A program made the position numbers and the translations under genes. A DNA stretch of 57,948 bases from a virus (taxonomy: Duplodnaviria; Caudoviricetes): the IMG/VR virus record IMGVR_UViG_3300045283_000172, positions 1-57,948 of that record, one strand, 5' to 3'. Of the stretch, positions 47,751-56,685 are shown in pieces. Below the pieces are notes generated by a model. The model did not search any database. It had not been told where the DNA came from and worked only from the letters and a program-made list of their open reading frames with translations. Every line of letters starts with the position of its first letter. Positions within the stretch are counted from its first letter, which is position 1.

Positions 47751-48089
47751 CCGCCTATCGCCGCTCATCTCCGCCTATCTTACCGCTCATCTTTTCCCAG
47801 TATCTATAAGGCCTCCGCTCATCCCGCCCATCTTTTTGCAAAACTTTACTCAGAAAAATATTTTTATTTTTATTATAAGTTAAAAGCTATAATAGATAGG
47901 ATACATAGGTATATATTCATACTATTTACCCCTATATACCTATCTTTAATGAAATTTGAAAGATATTTGATTCAATCTTCAAAAACGCATGGGACTTTTG
48001 CAAAAAGATGGGCGGGATGAGCGGAGGTCAACGTTTATAAGGCTTAGGATGGGCGGAAGAGATGAGCGGAGATAGGCGGAGATGAGCGG
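47751..48089. repeat. Putative replication origin: inverted iteron arrays
   Basis: Six CCGCYYATC copies on the left and six inverted on the right; perfect 32 bp inverted repeat 47812-47843/47996-48027 around an AT-rich core; upstream of the primase-helicase. Confidence 0.75.
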
Positions 48090-48121
48090 AACCGCAGAAC
48101 TATGCCAAAAGTAAATACTTA

Positions 48122-48232
48122 TTGACATTTATTTAAAATATGGTTACAGTAAAGCTGGTTATTGCCAGCAATATACTTTTCTTCTTTATATAGTTGCTTC
48201 ATTCGGGTTTATTGATCGCCTGGCAATAACCA
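48122..48232 (+). promoter_or_regulatory. Promoter followed by a structured leader or sRNA
   Basis: TTGACA-N17-TACAGT; 13 bp stem 48156-48168/48220-48232. Confidence 0.55.
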
Positions 48233-48348
48233 TATTGCTTATATCAACGAAAAGGTATCATCCCCTTTTCCTTCAAAAAATTATTGACTATTTCATGCTA
48301 TAATTTAAGATTACGCAGCGATCTTAAATCCTAACATACGAGTCATAA

Positions 48349-50472
48349 ATGCAAATACGAATGTCCTTTGTTAAGAATAGCTGGGATACAAACCCTAATG
48401 ACAAAATTCTATCATTTGAGGAATTAAGCAAGACTCTAACCACATTTACTGTTTGCGATAAAAAGAACGCCCCTGGAATAATAGGAGGCTACTTCAATGG
48501 AAAATCTCGAGATACACACAATTTACAGGCAAGAACATTACTTGTCCTAGATGTAGACTATTACAATGGCCATATAAACGATTTAGAGATACTTTTTAAA
48601 AGGAGTTTGACTCCCTATAGGTACATTGCCTATTCTACAGCATCTCATGCTTTAAACAGCCCTAGAATTAGAATTGTATTATTTTTTTCCAAAGAGGTAC
48701 TTACTCAAGAATATAGACAAGTTAGTTCTAATTTCATTGACGGATTAGATATTGCTTTTAAAAATACTATTGAAATACCTACTAGTATTAAAGCTAATCA
48801 GATGATGTATTTGCCTATAAAGCCTCATGATGATTACATACCATGGTATGTGGTACAAGATGGAGAATCAATTGACCCAGATAGTTATATAACATCCAGT
48901 ACACAGTTAGCTGTTCAAGATCCGTTACTTTTAACGATAAAAAACGTACCCTTAGAGATCAGTGAGGGCAATATAGTTAATTATTTAACTAATTATCCCG
49001 TAGAGGAGAGAGATTATTACGAATGGATAGAAGTAGGAGCAGCTCTTCATCATCAATATCAGGGTAATGATGAAGGACTTATCATGTGGAATAAGTGGTC
49101 TAAAAGAGACCCAAGACCTGATAAGTATAAGGGATTGTATGAATTAGAACAAAAGTGGAACAGTTTTAAATCTAACTTAGAAAATCCCATTACTTTTGCA
49201 ACCATTATATACAAGACTAACAATAATTTACCTGTTGATAATGGCGTTAAGTTTAGAGCTATTTATCGTGAAAAATGGCAAGATACTAAGGGTAAATACC
49301 AAACTCCTATATTTACCAAGGCTAATTTCAAAATATTATTAGAAGAGTATAAGATTGACATTAGGTTTGACGTTATTAAGAAGGCTGTAGAGATTATTAT
49401 TAATGGCGTTAAGGTGATAGATATCAACCATGGGATAACTGAGATTAAATTACTTTGTAAACTTAATGGGATGGAAAGCAATCCAGTCAATGAGGCGGTA
49501 GCCTTGATAGGAAATCAGAATACATACAATAGCTGGAAGGATTGGGTATATTCTATTCCATGGGACGGTATTAAAAGATTTGGTGAATTTTGCAAGACGG
49601 TCAAAGTTTCCCCTGATATGGAAAGAGTTAGAGATTTATATTTAAAGAAATGGTTTTTACAACTGATTAATGTTACATGTCTTAACGACGGGGAAGAGGG
49701 GAAGGTCGCACGTATGATCTTAATATTCCAGGGAAGGCAATATTCAGGAAAGACTAGTTGGTTTAGGGCATTAGTACCTGCTTCTCATAATGATTTTGTA
49801 ACTGAGGGCACATCATTAAAAATTTCAGATAGTATGGCTATTCTTAGATGTATTCAGCATGTCATTGTAGAACTTGGAGAGATAAACTCCACAATGAAGA
49901 AATCAGATAATGACGAGCTTAAGAATTTCCTAAGTTCGACTAAGGATACATTGAATATCAAATACGTAGCATATCCTGTAACTTACAGAAGGCGTACAGT
50001 TTTTTTCGGATCAGTTAATGAGAATGAATTTCTGCAGGATCAGACTGATAATACCAGATTTTTATGTCTACCTATTCTTGATTGTGATTATAAGCATAAT
50101 ATAGATATGCAGCAGGTATATGCTGAATTACTAGAAATGACAAAGACTGACAATGATTACTTTCTAAGTCCTTCTGATTTGGAGGTGCAACAGAAAATGA
50201 ACTGTTTTTTTAAAAGTATATCTGTGATTGAAGAGAAATTCCAAGAAATATTTGAAGTAGAAAACGCATTAACACAACCTAGGGAAAGTATGATAGTATA
50301 TAATGCTACTAAATTACTGGAGGAATTAGGTTTCAACATTAATCAGATGTTACATAAGAAGAATCTAACTAATGAGATGGCAAAGATATTAGATTCCTAT
50401 GGTTTTAAACGCAGTTCTAAACCCAAGGGTTGGTATTTACCATCTAAAAGAATTAACGATATAGGGTTCTGA
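48349..50472 (+). CDS. Primase-helicase (AEP-like + PriCT-2 + VapE-type helicase)
   Basis: LVLDVD, YSTASH, PRIR; YYEWIEVGAALHH..W..WS; QGRQYSGKT, RRTVFFGSVN. Confidence 0.92.
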   Translation: MQIRMSFVKNSWDTNPNDKILSFEELSKTLTTFTVCDKKNAPGIIGGYFNGKSRDTHNLQARTLLVLDVDYYNGHINDLEILFKRSLTPYRYIAYSTASHALNSPRIRIVLFFSKEVLTQEYRQVSSNFIDGLDIAFKNTIEIPTSIKANQMMYLPIKPHDDYIPWYVVQDGESIDPDSYITSSTQLAVQDPLLLTIKNVPLEISEGNIVNYLTNYPVEERDYYEWIEVGAALHHQYQGNDEGLIMWNKWSKRDPRPDKYKGLYELEQKWNSFKSNLENPITFATIIYKTNNNLPVDNGVKFRAIYREKWQDTKGKYQTPIFTKANFKILLEEYKIDIRFDVIKKAVEIIINGVKVIDINHGITEIKLLCKLNGMESNPVNEAVALIGNQNTYNSWKDWVYSIPWDGIKRFGEFCKTVKVSPDMERVRDLYLKKWFLQLINVTCLNDGEEGKVARMILIFQGRQYSGKTSWFRALVPASHNDFVTEGTSLKISDSMAILRCIQHVIVELGEINSTMKKSDNDELKNFLSSTKDTLNIKYVAYPVTYRRRTVFFGSVNENEFLQDQTDNTRFLCLPILDCDYKHNIDMQQVYAELLEMTKTDNDYFLSPSDLEVQQKMNCFFKSISVIEEKFQEIFEVENALTQPRESMIVYNATKLLEELGFNINQMLHKKNLTNEMAKILDSYGFKRSSKPKGWYLPSKRINDIGF

Positions 50473-50474
50473 TT

Positions 50475-50954
50475 ATGAAATTAGAAGATATAAAAAGTAT
50501 ACATTTTCAATGTAGTTTACATGCTAATTATTATGATTCTGCTAGTAGACCCTTAAGTTGTGAAGTTCATTATATAGAGATTGTTACATATGATGGATGT
50601 CTAATAAATCTTGTTGATGCTTTAGAAATGGTCTTATGGGAAGGTGTTAATATTGATAATCAATTATATAATTTACTATTGATGGTTCGAGAAGCAGCTT
50701 CTAATTATGATTATAAAAGCGCAAAAAATATAAGTGAAGAATGTGATTTGTGGGTAAAATATTATAATGAAGAGTTTGCAGGTATGCATGATAGATATAA
50801 ACAGTTTTATAATTTTGATCTTACCTTAGATATGTTTAAAGATATAGAGATGGAGATTAAATATTTCCCATTTAGAATAAAAGAAGCTCTTGAAGAAAAA
50901 TTCACGGAAGCATTTAAATATTTCCATAACAAAGCAAAAGAATTAACGATATAG
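50475..50954 (+). CDS. Hypothetical protein, tandem family member 1 (resembles the primase C-terminus)
   Basis: Ends F..F.NKAKEL like the next two genes; flanked by an exact 25 bp repeat. Confidence 0.75.
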   Translation: MKLEDIKSIHFQCSLHANYYDSASRPLSCEVHYIEIVTYDGCLINLVDALEMVLWEGVNIDNQLYNLLLMVREAASNYDYKSAKNISEECDLWVKYYNEEFAGMHDRYKQFYNFDLTLDMFKDIEMEIKYFPFRIKEALEEKFTEAFKYFHNKAKELTI

Positions 50955-50964
50955 GGTTCTAACG

Positions 50965-51381
50965 ATGTTTATAGAGGTTAGAGTTGGGGTAGGTTTAAAT
51001 AAGGTTAATACTGACATGTTAATGTATTGGGATGATAACCCCAGTGAATTAGTTTATGGTTATAATATGTCAGTATACTTTGCTTCAACATTAAAGGGAC
51101 ATAAGGATAATAAAATTATAAAACTATTTCTAGAAAAAGAGGAACAATTAAAATCAAAATTTGAAAATAGTTTTAAGGAAGAAAGCGATATTTGGGAAAA
51201 GGTTTTTAAAGATAAGAAATATCTAAAAACCAAGATAAACATTTATGATAGTGCATTTAAGGCTTTTAGCGAAAAAGGATTAGATGAATGGTTAACAGAA
51301 GAATTTGATAGTTTATTTTTAGATATTTATAACGAAGCAAAAGAACTAACAGAAAAAATAGAAGGTGTAAGATGGAATTAG
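50965..51381 (+). CDS. Hypothetical protein, tandem family member 2
   Basis: EEF..F..IYNEAKELT. Confidence 0.7.
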   Translation: MFIEVRVGVGLNKVNTDMLMYWDDNPSELVYGYNMSVYFASTLKGHKDNKIIKLFLEKEEQLKSKFENSFKEESDIWEKVFKDKKYLKTKINIYDSAFKAFSEKGLDEWLTEEFDSLFLDIYNEAKELTEKIEGVRWN

Positions 51382-51851
51382 AAGATATAGGTAAAGTAGA
51401 AGTTAAATTCTTATTAGTTACTAATAATTTGGTTGCAGATCGTATTCTCCCTACTCCATGGGTGAACATAGATATCATCCCTAAAATGGTTGTTCCAATT
51501 ATACCAGCTATTAAATACAAAAATTATGATATAGAGGAAGTTATCAGGGATTTAATACGTTTTGAGTCTGATCATATAAGGATATTTTCTATATTAAGTT
51601 TATTTACGGAGGCAAGATTAGATTTTATTGCTAAATATAGAGATAAAATGAATGAAGATAGACAAATGTGGTTGCATTTTATAAAGAAAGTATCAGAAGA
51701 TGAAAGTTTAAATAATAAAGTTGGATGTAGTTTTACTTTTATGCAAGATGCTTTTGAAGATAAAGACTTTCCATTAAAACAAGCGATTGCAGATCAATTC
51801 AATGCGGCATACGATTATTTTTATAACAAAGCAAAAGAACTAATAGAATAA
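51372..51851 (+). CDS. Hypothetical protein, tandem family member 3
   Basis: MELEDI start; FP..K.A....F..A..YF.NKAKEL. Confidence 0.75.
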   Translation: MELEDIGKVEVKFLLVTNNLVADRILPTPWVNIDIIPKMVVPIIPAIKYKNYDIEEVIRDLIRFESDHIRIFSILSLFTEARLDFIAKYRDKMNEDRQMWLHFIKKVSEDESLNNKVGCSFTFMQDAFEDKDFPLKQAIADQFNAAYDYFYNKAKELIE

Positions 51852-51855
51852 GATT

Positions 51856-52200
51856 ATGGAAGAAGACATAAAATTTAGTATTTCAATTAGTGAAAATGAA
51901 GAAACTAAAAAGATTGATTTTGAATTGAAATTAGTAGATAAAAATACTAATAAGATGCTAGCATGGGAGAGTGAGGAGGGTGAGGTAGTAAAGATATTAG
52001 CTAAACATTATGTTCCTATATTAGAGAATCTTTTTGTTGATAATAAAGGTTTTTTTATCAACAAAGAATGGGCGGTAGATTATCATGTTTTCTTATCCTC
52101 TAAATGGGAAACCATGGAAAAGATAAAAGCTATGATAAAATTGTATAGTACTATAGAAAAAGATCTTGTTATCTCTAAAGACAAGGTATCATTTAATTAA
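51856..52200 (+). CDS. Hypothetical protein
   Basis: 114 aa ORF, MEEDIK start. Confidence 0.7.
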   Translation: MEEDIKFSISISENEETKKIDFELKLVDKNTNKMLAWESEEGEVVKILAKHYVPILENLFVDNKGFFINKEWAVDYHVFLSSKWETMEKIKAMIKLYSTIEKDLVISKDKVSFN

Positions 52201-52239
52201 CAAAGATTAAAATATTAACTTATTAACATTTATTAACAT

Positions 52240-52740
52240 ATGGCTATAATACGAGGTACAGTAAAGAAGAAGTTAGGTAACCCTAACATGGTAAAAGGGG
52301 TATCTGGCAATCCTAACGGTAGGCCTAAGGGAAGGTATAGCGATATAACGCTTAGTTTCATGAAACTTAAGAAGATCGCATCTACTAGAGTTGATGAGGC
52401 TTTTAATATGTTATGGTCAGCAATGGAAAGGGGAGAGTCATGGGCATTTCAGATATACTATAAGGAGTTATATACTTTGCCACGTAATATAGATGAAAAG
52501 ACAGTAACTATAACGGCTACAGATACAAGTTTAGATGGACAGATTGAAACACTTACGAGTATATTGCCTGAATTTGATGAGGTTACACATGATGAGTCGT
52601 TAAATAGGTTAAAGGTATTGAATGCTGTCAAGGGTAATGATGTTCTAGTTAAACAGAATGATGAGATTAGGGAGACTAGAGAGACATTACTTGAGAAGGT
52701 AGAACTTATACAACAGATTAGAGATTTTAAGGGGGTATAA
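52240..52740 (+). CDS. terS: Putative terminase small subunit (DUF5681-type N-terminus)
   Basis: KGVSGNPNGRPKG, then ..A..G..WA helix pattern. Confidence 0.7.
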   Translation: MAIIRGTVKKKLGNPNMVKGVSGNPNGRPKGRYSDITLSFMKLKKIASTRVDEAFNMLWSAMERGESWAFQIYYKELYTLPRNIDEKTVTITATDTSLDGQIETLTSILPEFDEVTHDESLNRLKVLNAVKGNDVLVKQNDEIRETRETLLEKVELIQQIRDFKGV

Positions 52741-52741
52741 T

Positions 52742-52948
52742 ATGAATGATAAAGTAAAATTATCTGAAAAAGGAGTAAGGATTTCTGAAGAAGGAGATGT
52801 AGAAATATGGGTTGATTCTGAGTGGGTGAATTATGAGATTTATAAAAAATTAAACCCATCACATACTGGCATTAGGAATGCAAGAAAACAAATAGATGAC
52901 TATGAAGAAAAGCATGGATCTATTTTTGGGGAACAAAATAATGAATGA
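52742..52948 (+). CDS. Hypothetical protein
   Basis: 68 aa ORF with RBS. Confidence 0.6.
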   Translation: MNDKVKLSEKGVRISEEGDVEIWVDSEWVNYEIYKKLNPSHTGIRNARKQIDDYEEKHGSIFGEQNNE

Positions 52949-53138
52949 TAAGTATATAGATGAAGCTGTAAGAAAGTATTTTGCAGATAGTAAGAAAGGT
53001 AGTAAAACATTTGTTTCATCTATATTAAGCTCTAGAGAATTCATGAGAATGAAGATGGATCCTTCATATCCTATTAATGAATTCACAGATAGAATAGAAG
53101 AGATTGAAAAGAAATATTCAAATAAAAAGATGGATTAG
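52941..53138 (+). CDS. Hypothetical protein (start moved from 52896)
   Basis: MNDK start overlaps the upstream stop; faint similarity to TerS. Confidence 0.55.
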   Translation: MNDKYIDEAVRKYFADSKKGSKTFVSSILSSREFMRMKMDPSYPINEFTDRIEEIEKKYSNKKMD

Positions 53139-53159
53139 AGATTTTAAGGAGAAGGTGTA

Positions 53160-53363
53160 ATGAACATAGAAGATGAATTAGTAACATATTATAATCCTAA
53201 TGAGGAATTAGTAAATGATTACAAGGAAGAAAATCGGAAAGAAGATTTACTATTTGCTAGAGAAATGAGGGAATTTAGAAAGTCATTAGATGAAGGTGGT
53301 TCCAATAAAGAGAAAGTTTTTAGAGGTTTTTCTGTAGAAAGAGATTTTAAGGAGAAGGTGTAA
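53160..53363 (+). CDS. Hypothetical protein resembling the TerS C-terminus
   Basis: EMREFRKSL..EKV..RDFK vs TerS EIRETRETL.EKV..RDFK. Confidence 0.65.
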   Translation: MNIEDELVTYYNPNEELVNDYKEENRKEDLLFAREMREFRKSLDEGGSNKEKVFRGFSVERDFKEKV

Positions 53364-53479
53364 TGTCGGAAGAAGTTGACATAGAAGATGATGAAATACC
53401 TGAGGACTGCGCATGTGGTTGTAATTGCGGCTTTTGTCCTTGTTTGCATACGTTCGTTCTACACGGGATTAAAACATAA
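53363..53479 (+). CDS. Cys-rich mini-protein, 38 aa (not in ORF track)
   Basis: Strong RBS; DCACGCNCGFCPCLH. Confidence 0.5.
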   Translation: MSEEVDIEDDEIPEDCACGCNCGFCPCLHTFVLHGIKT

Positions 53480-53518
53480 TAAGGAAATTATTTAAAGAAC
53501 AAATAGGATCATTAAGTT

Positions 53519-54118
53519 ATGACTGAAGAAGATAAGGAAGAACACAGGAAAAACTTAAAAATTGAGGAAGAAGCTTATAGAAAGTTAGGAATTTGGACTA
53601 TTCTTGATAGTAATATAAAAGAAGTAAAAGAAATTACTATTTTAGATGACGATAGTAGGAATTTTCTACTTAAATGGATAAGTGGTATTAATAAGATTAC
53701 TCATTTTGACACATTAGATGATTCCTATATAAAAATACCCAATCCCGTAGAAATTTATAGGAGTGTTCCAAAAAAGGATAAAGGTTATAAACCTTTATGT
53801 ACTGAGGAAGGATGTTTCTGTAGGCATGATGAGTCTAAGGACAAACTTACAAATTATAACGGAGGAGTGTTAGGGCCTGTAAATTTTAAAAGATATTTTA
53901 ATAATTGTAGTCAGATTGCAAGAAAATGTGTTGAATGTGGAAAAAAGCATCCTGGACATCAACATATAAAATGTAAGCAATACAACGAACTGTATGATGA
54001 ACTTGAGAATTTAGCATTAGAATTAGGTAATCATATGATGGATTGTAAAGAAGGTTCACATGAAGACTTGAGTGCTTTAGCGCATAAGATTATAAAGGAT
54101 TTGAGTAAATTGATATGA
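53519..54118 (+). CDS. Hypothetical Cys/His-rich protein
   Basis: CTEEGCFC, CVECG, HIKC. Confidence 0.7.
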   Translation: MTEEDKEEHRKNLKIEEEAYRKLGIWTILDSNIKEVKEITILDDDSRNFLLKWISGINKITHFDTLDDSYIKIPNPVEIYRSVPKKDKGYKPLCTEEGCFCRHDESKDKLTNYNGGVLGPVNFKRYFNNCSQIARKCVECGKKHPGHQHIKCKQYNELYDELENLALELGNHMMDCKEGSHEDLSALAHKIIKDLSKLI

Positions 54119-54414
54119 GTGAAAATAAAGACGATCTATGTGCATGTGGATGTGAGAATAATTCGTCAAGACATATAGCTAACGGTATAAGGAGTCACTT
54201 TAAATTACATTTATTCGATGTCACTAATAAAAAAGGTGAGATAGTGGGCTACGAATGGAGGGATGTAAATTGCGAATTCTGTAAAAGAATAAAACGGCGT
54301 AATATAATAAGAAAAGCAGAAAGGAAATTAGGAAGATGTTGGGGAAAGTCTGATAGACAAATGAAGATAGAGGCGAAATATAAAAGCATATTATCTAATA
54401 GAATTGCAAAATGA
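54115..54414 (+). CDS. Hypothetical zinc-finger-like protein
   Basis: CACGC and CEFC. Confidence 0.65.
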   Translation: MSENKDDLCACGCENNSSRHIANGIRSHFKLHLFDVTNKKGEIVGYEWRDVNCEFCKRIKRRNIIRKAERKLGRCWGKSDRQMKIEAKYKSILSNRIAK

Positions 54415-54554
54415 TTAACGAGATACTAACACAATTATGTAAAACATTGAACGAACATAAAAAAGATTGTATATCTGAAGGGGAAGAGAATTGCATAGAG
54501 TGTTATTTAGTACAGACAGAAAAGTATTTTAAGAAACAAAATCGAAAGTTTTAA
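54411..54554 (+). CDS. Small hypothetical protein, 47 aa (not in ORF track)
   Basis: ATGA overlap; H...C......CxxC. Confidence 0.45.
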   Translation: MINEILTQLCKTLNEHKKDCISEGEENCIECYLVQTEKYFKKQNRKF

Positions 54555-54574
54555 TATGGTTTATAAGGTGGATT

Positions 54575-54754
54575 ATGGAAATTGAAGATTTCGATTTAGA
54601 GTGGCGTATTCTAATTAATTCAGGCATAGGTAATAAAGATTTAAAAGAGATATGCGAGATATCAATAAAAGGGATAGAATTAGATAATAGGAAAAATGAT
54701 ATTAAAAAACAAAAGATAGAAAAAATCTTGTCAGGGATAAACTATGAAAGATAA
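54575..54754 (+). CDS. Small hypothetical protein, 59 aa (not in ORF track)
   Basis: AAGGTGG RBS; ends KILSGINYER, like the end of 57409-57807. Confidence 0.55.
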   Translation: MEIEDFDLEWRILINSGIGNKDLKEICEISIKGIELDNRKNDIKKQKIEKILSGINYER

Positions 54755-54956
54755 AAACATTAATGAATATTATGAAGCTCGATCAAATAAGTTATTAGAA
54801 GTGCAGGATATAATAGATGAATATTTCGATACTGTAATAGTAAACCCTGATGAATTAATAGATGTAGATTTACTAGGGGAAAATGGATTTGAATCCCCAC
54901 AGATAGAACAAGAGATACTAAAGAAGTTACATACAATAATATATAAATCTACATAA
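54744..54956 (+). CDS. Hypothetical protein
   Basis: 70 aa ORF. Confidence 0.6.
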   Translation: MKDKNINEYYEARSNKLLEVQDIIDEYFDTVIVNPDELIDVDLLGENGFESPQIEQEILKKLHTIIYKST

Positions 54957-54972
54957 TTTTACACAATACTTA

Positions 54973-55000
54973 TTGACATACTTTACATAATAGTCTACTT
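54973..55000 (+). promoter_or_regulatory. Putative promoter with TACATAAT box
   Basis: TACTTATTGACAT (same as at 48116), TACATAAT in the spacer, intergenic. Confidence 0.5.
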
Positions 55001-55033
55001 TAGGTTTACTTAATATAAACTAAAGAGGAAATT

Positions 55034-55465
55034 ATGATAAATAACAGAGACGTATTACAATACAAATCTAAAATTATAATTAAATATGCTTCATTAGATC
55101 ATAAATTAATAGATCATCCAGAGATACAAGCAAGATTAGATAATGTTCGTAATTTATATGCATATAGTGATAAGATAAAATTACTAGATACTTTTGATAT
55201 GATGCTAACACGATATAACTATAATGATAATGATTTGTATATTAGGTTATTGCATTATATAGCTGTACAACATGAATTATTTACTAAAATAAAGATTACA
55301 GAAGGTGAGATTGTATATCTAATAGATGATATTAAATTGTTATTAATTGGTATTTGCAAAGAGATTATACAACCTAATATTGATATTGAGATTTTACCTG
55401 CCTATCTTAAGGAGTTTTATCAGAGAGTTATAAATATAGCTGAAGGTATGAAATGGAATTATTAA
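55034..55465 (+). CDS. Hypothetical protein
   Basis: 143 aa ORF, GAGG RBS. Confidence 0.75.
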   Translation: MINNRDVLQYKSKIIIKYASLDHKLIDHPEIQARLDNVRNLYAYSDKIKLLDTFDMMLTRYNYNDNDLYIRLLHYIAVQHELFTKIKITEGEIVYLIDDIKLLLIGICKEIIQPNIDIEILPAYLKEFYQRVINIAEGMKWNY

Positions 55466-55686
55466 TAGATCGTATATTAGAGTTATTCGTAAGTATATGG
55501 TGGTTTATAGTAATGGCTTGTTCAGTTTACCTAATAATTAAATTCTTTGAATTATTAGGTAAACTCATAATGGGAATATGTGAATTCATAGAGTGGTTAT
55601 TAACTCCATATAGATGGTTATGCACTCAGTGGGAAAGATTAGAAAAATGGACAGAAAAAACTCCAGATAAAAAAGATGAAATATAA
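55453..55686 (+). CDS. Hypothetical membrane protein
   Basis: Long hydrophobic Trp-rich segment. Confidence 0.65.
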   Translation: MELLIDRILELFVSIWWFIVMACSVYLIIKFFELLGKLIMGICEFIEWLLTPYRWLCTQWERLEKWTEKTPDKKDEI

Positions 55687-55855
55687 TTTGTCATTTGAAA
55701 TTACAGACTCTTTTCGTAGGGATGTATTAGAACGTTCGATTATGTATGAAGCTTGTGCATATGTGGGATATGATAAGTATTGTACAATTGATGAGTTAAA
55801 GATTATATTGAGTAAACTTGAAACATTGAATAAAGATAAAAAGGATAGAGCGTAG
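55676..55855 (+). CDS. Small hypothetical protein, 59 aa (not in ORF track)
   Basis: Fills the gap between coupled ORFs. Confidence 0.5.
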   Translation: MKYNLSFEITDSFRRDVLERSIMYEACAYVGYDKYCTIDELKIILSKLETLNKDKKDRA

Positions 55856-55858
55856 AGT

Positions 55859-56236
55859 ATGGAAATTGAGTTAGTAGATTATGCTTTTTATAAATTATTA
55901 GCTGTGTTGATAATTTGCGCATTGATATATTACAGTATCGGGTTAGTAAAACAAAAAGATAAAAAAGTAATTGAGGAGAAAAAGCCTTTAACGGATTATC
56001 AAATGAACTGCAAATTGGCTAAATATTTACATAGTATCGGTAAAGATAAAGAGCGTATAGAAAATAGTGTAAGAATATTAAACTCTCTAAGGTTAGAACT
56101 TCGTAATGATGTTCACCAAGAAGTTTTAATAGATTGGGTAAGTAATATGGGAGAAGAACAAATTACTAGATATTTGTATAGTGATGAATCAAAAAAAGAA
56201 ATTATTAGAATGATGAGAGTGGGGTATGGTAGCTAA
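55859..56236 (+). CDS. Membrane-anchored hypothetical protein
   Basis: N-terminal hydrophobic helix. Confidence 0.7.
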   Translation: MEIELVDYAFYKLLAVLIICALIYYSIGLVKQKDKKVIEEKKPLTDYQMNCKLAKYLHSIGKDKERIENSVRILNSLRLELRNDVHQEVLIDWVSNMGEEQITRYLYSDESKKEIIRMMRVGYGS

Positions 56237-56426
56237 CTGGGAAATTGCACATCAAGAGTATAAAGCCTTTAGAAAACGATGGGATAATAAGAATATATTT
56301 GAATATGGGGAGAAGATGCTAGATTTAGATAAAAACGTCCCAAGAAAATCCTCAGAAGAATTAAATGCTATGTCACTTAGGGAATATCTTGATTATTTAA
56401 AAGCTCGATATGGTAGTCTAACTTAA
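56226..56426 (+). CDS. Hypothetical protein
   Basis: 66 aa ORF overlapping the upstream stop. Confidence 0.6.
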   Translation: MVANWEIAHQEYKAFRKRWDNKNIFEYGEKMLDLDKNVPRKSSEELNAMSLREYLDYLKARYGSLT

Positions 56427-56685
56427 TGAATAAACACGAATTATTTCAAGCAATTATATACTTAGTAATTATTATATTACTAAGTATAATGCTATCAGAT
56501 CTGACATTAATTCGTAATGATATAGAGGAACTAAAGGACTGGTTATACTTAATTACTAAAATGTTATTAGATTAAATAACTACCTAAAAACCATAATAAA
56601 CCCCTATAATTTATAAACTAGTAATTGACTTTGCATCATTAAGATGTATTGTTTTAACCTTATTAACTTATAATATTTATAAATT

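Noticed and set aside
47751-48089. CRISPR array
   Set aside because: Units are 9-10 bp, inverted between halves and lack unique spacers; the Cas4-like gene is the ordinary phage DUF2800 exonuclease
52197-52237. CtrA boxes upstream of terS
   Set aside because: TTAAC half-sites are present but not in TTAA-N7-TTAA spacing, and are expected in AT-rich DNA
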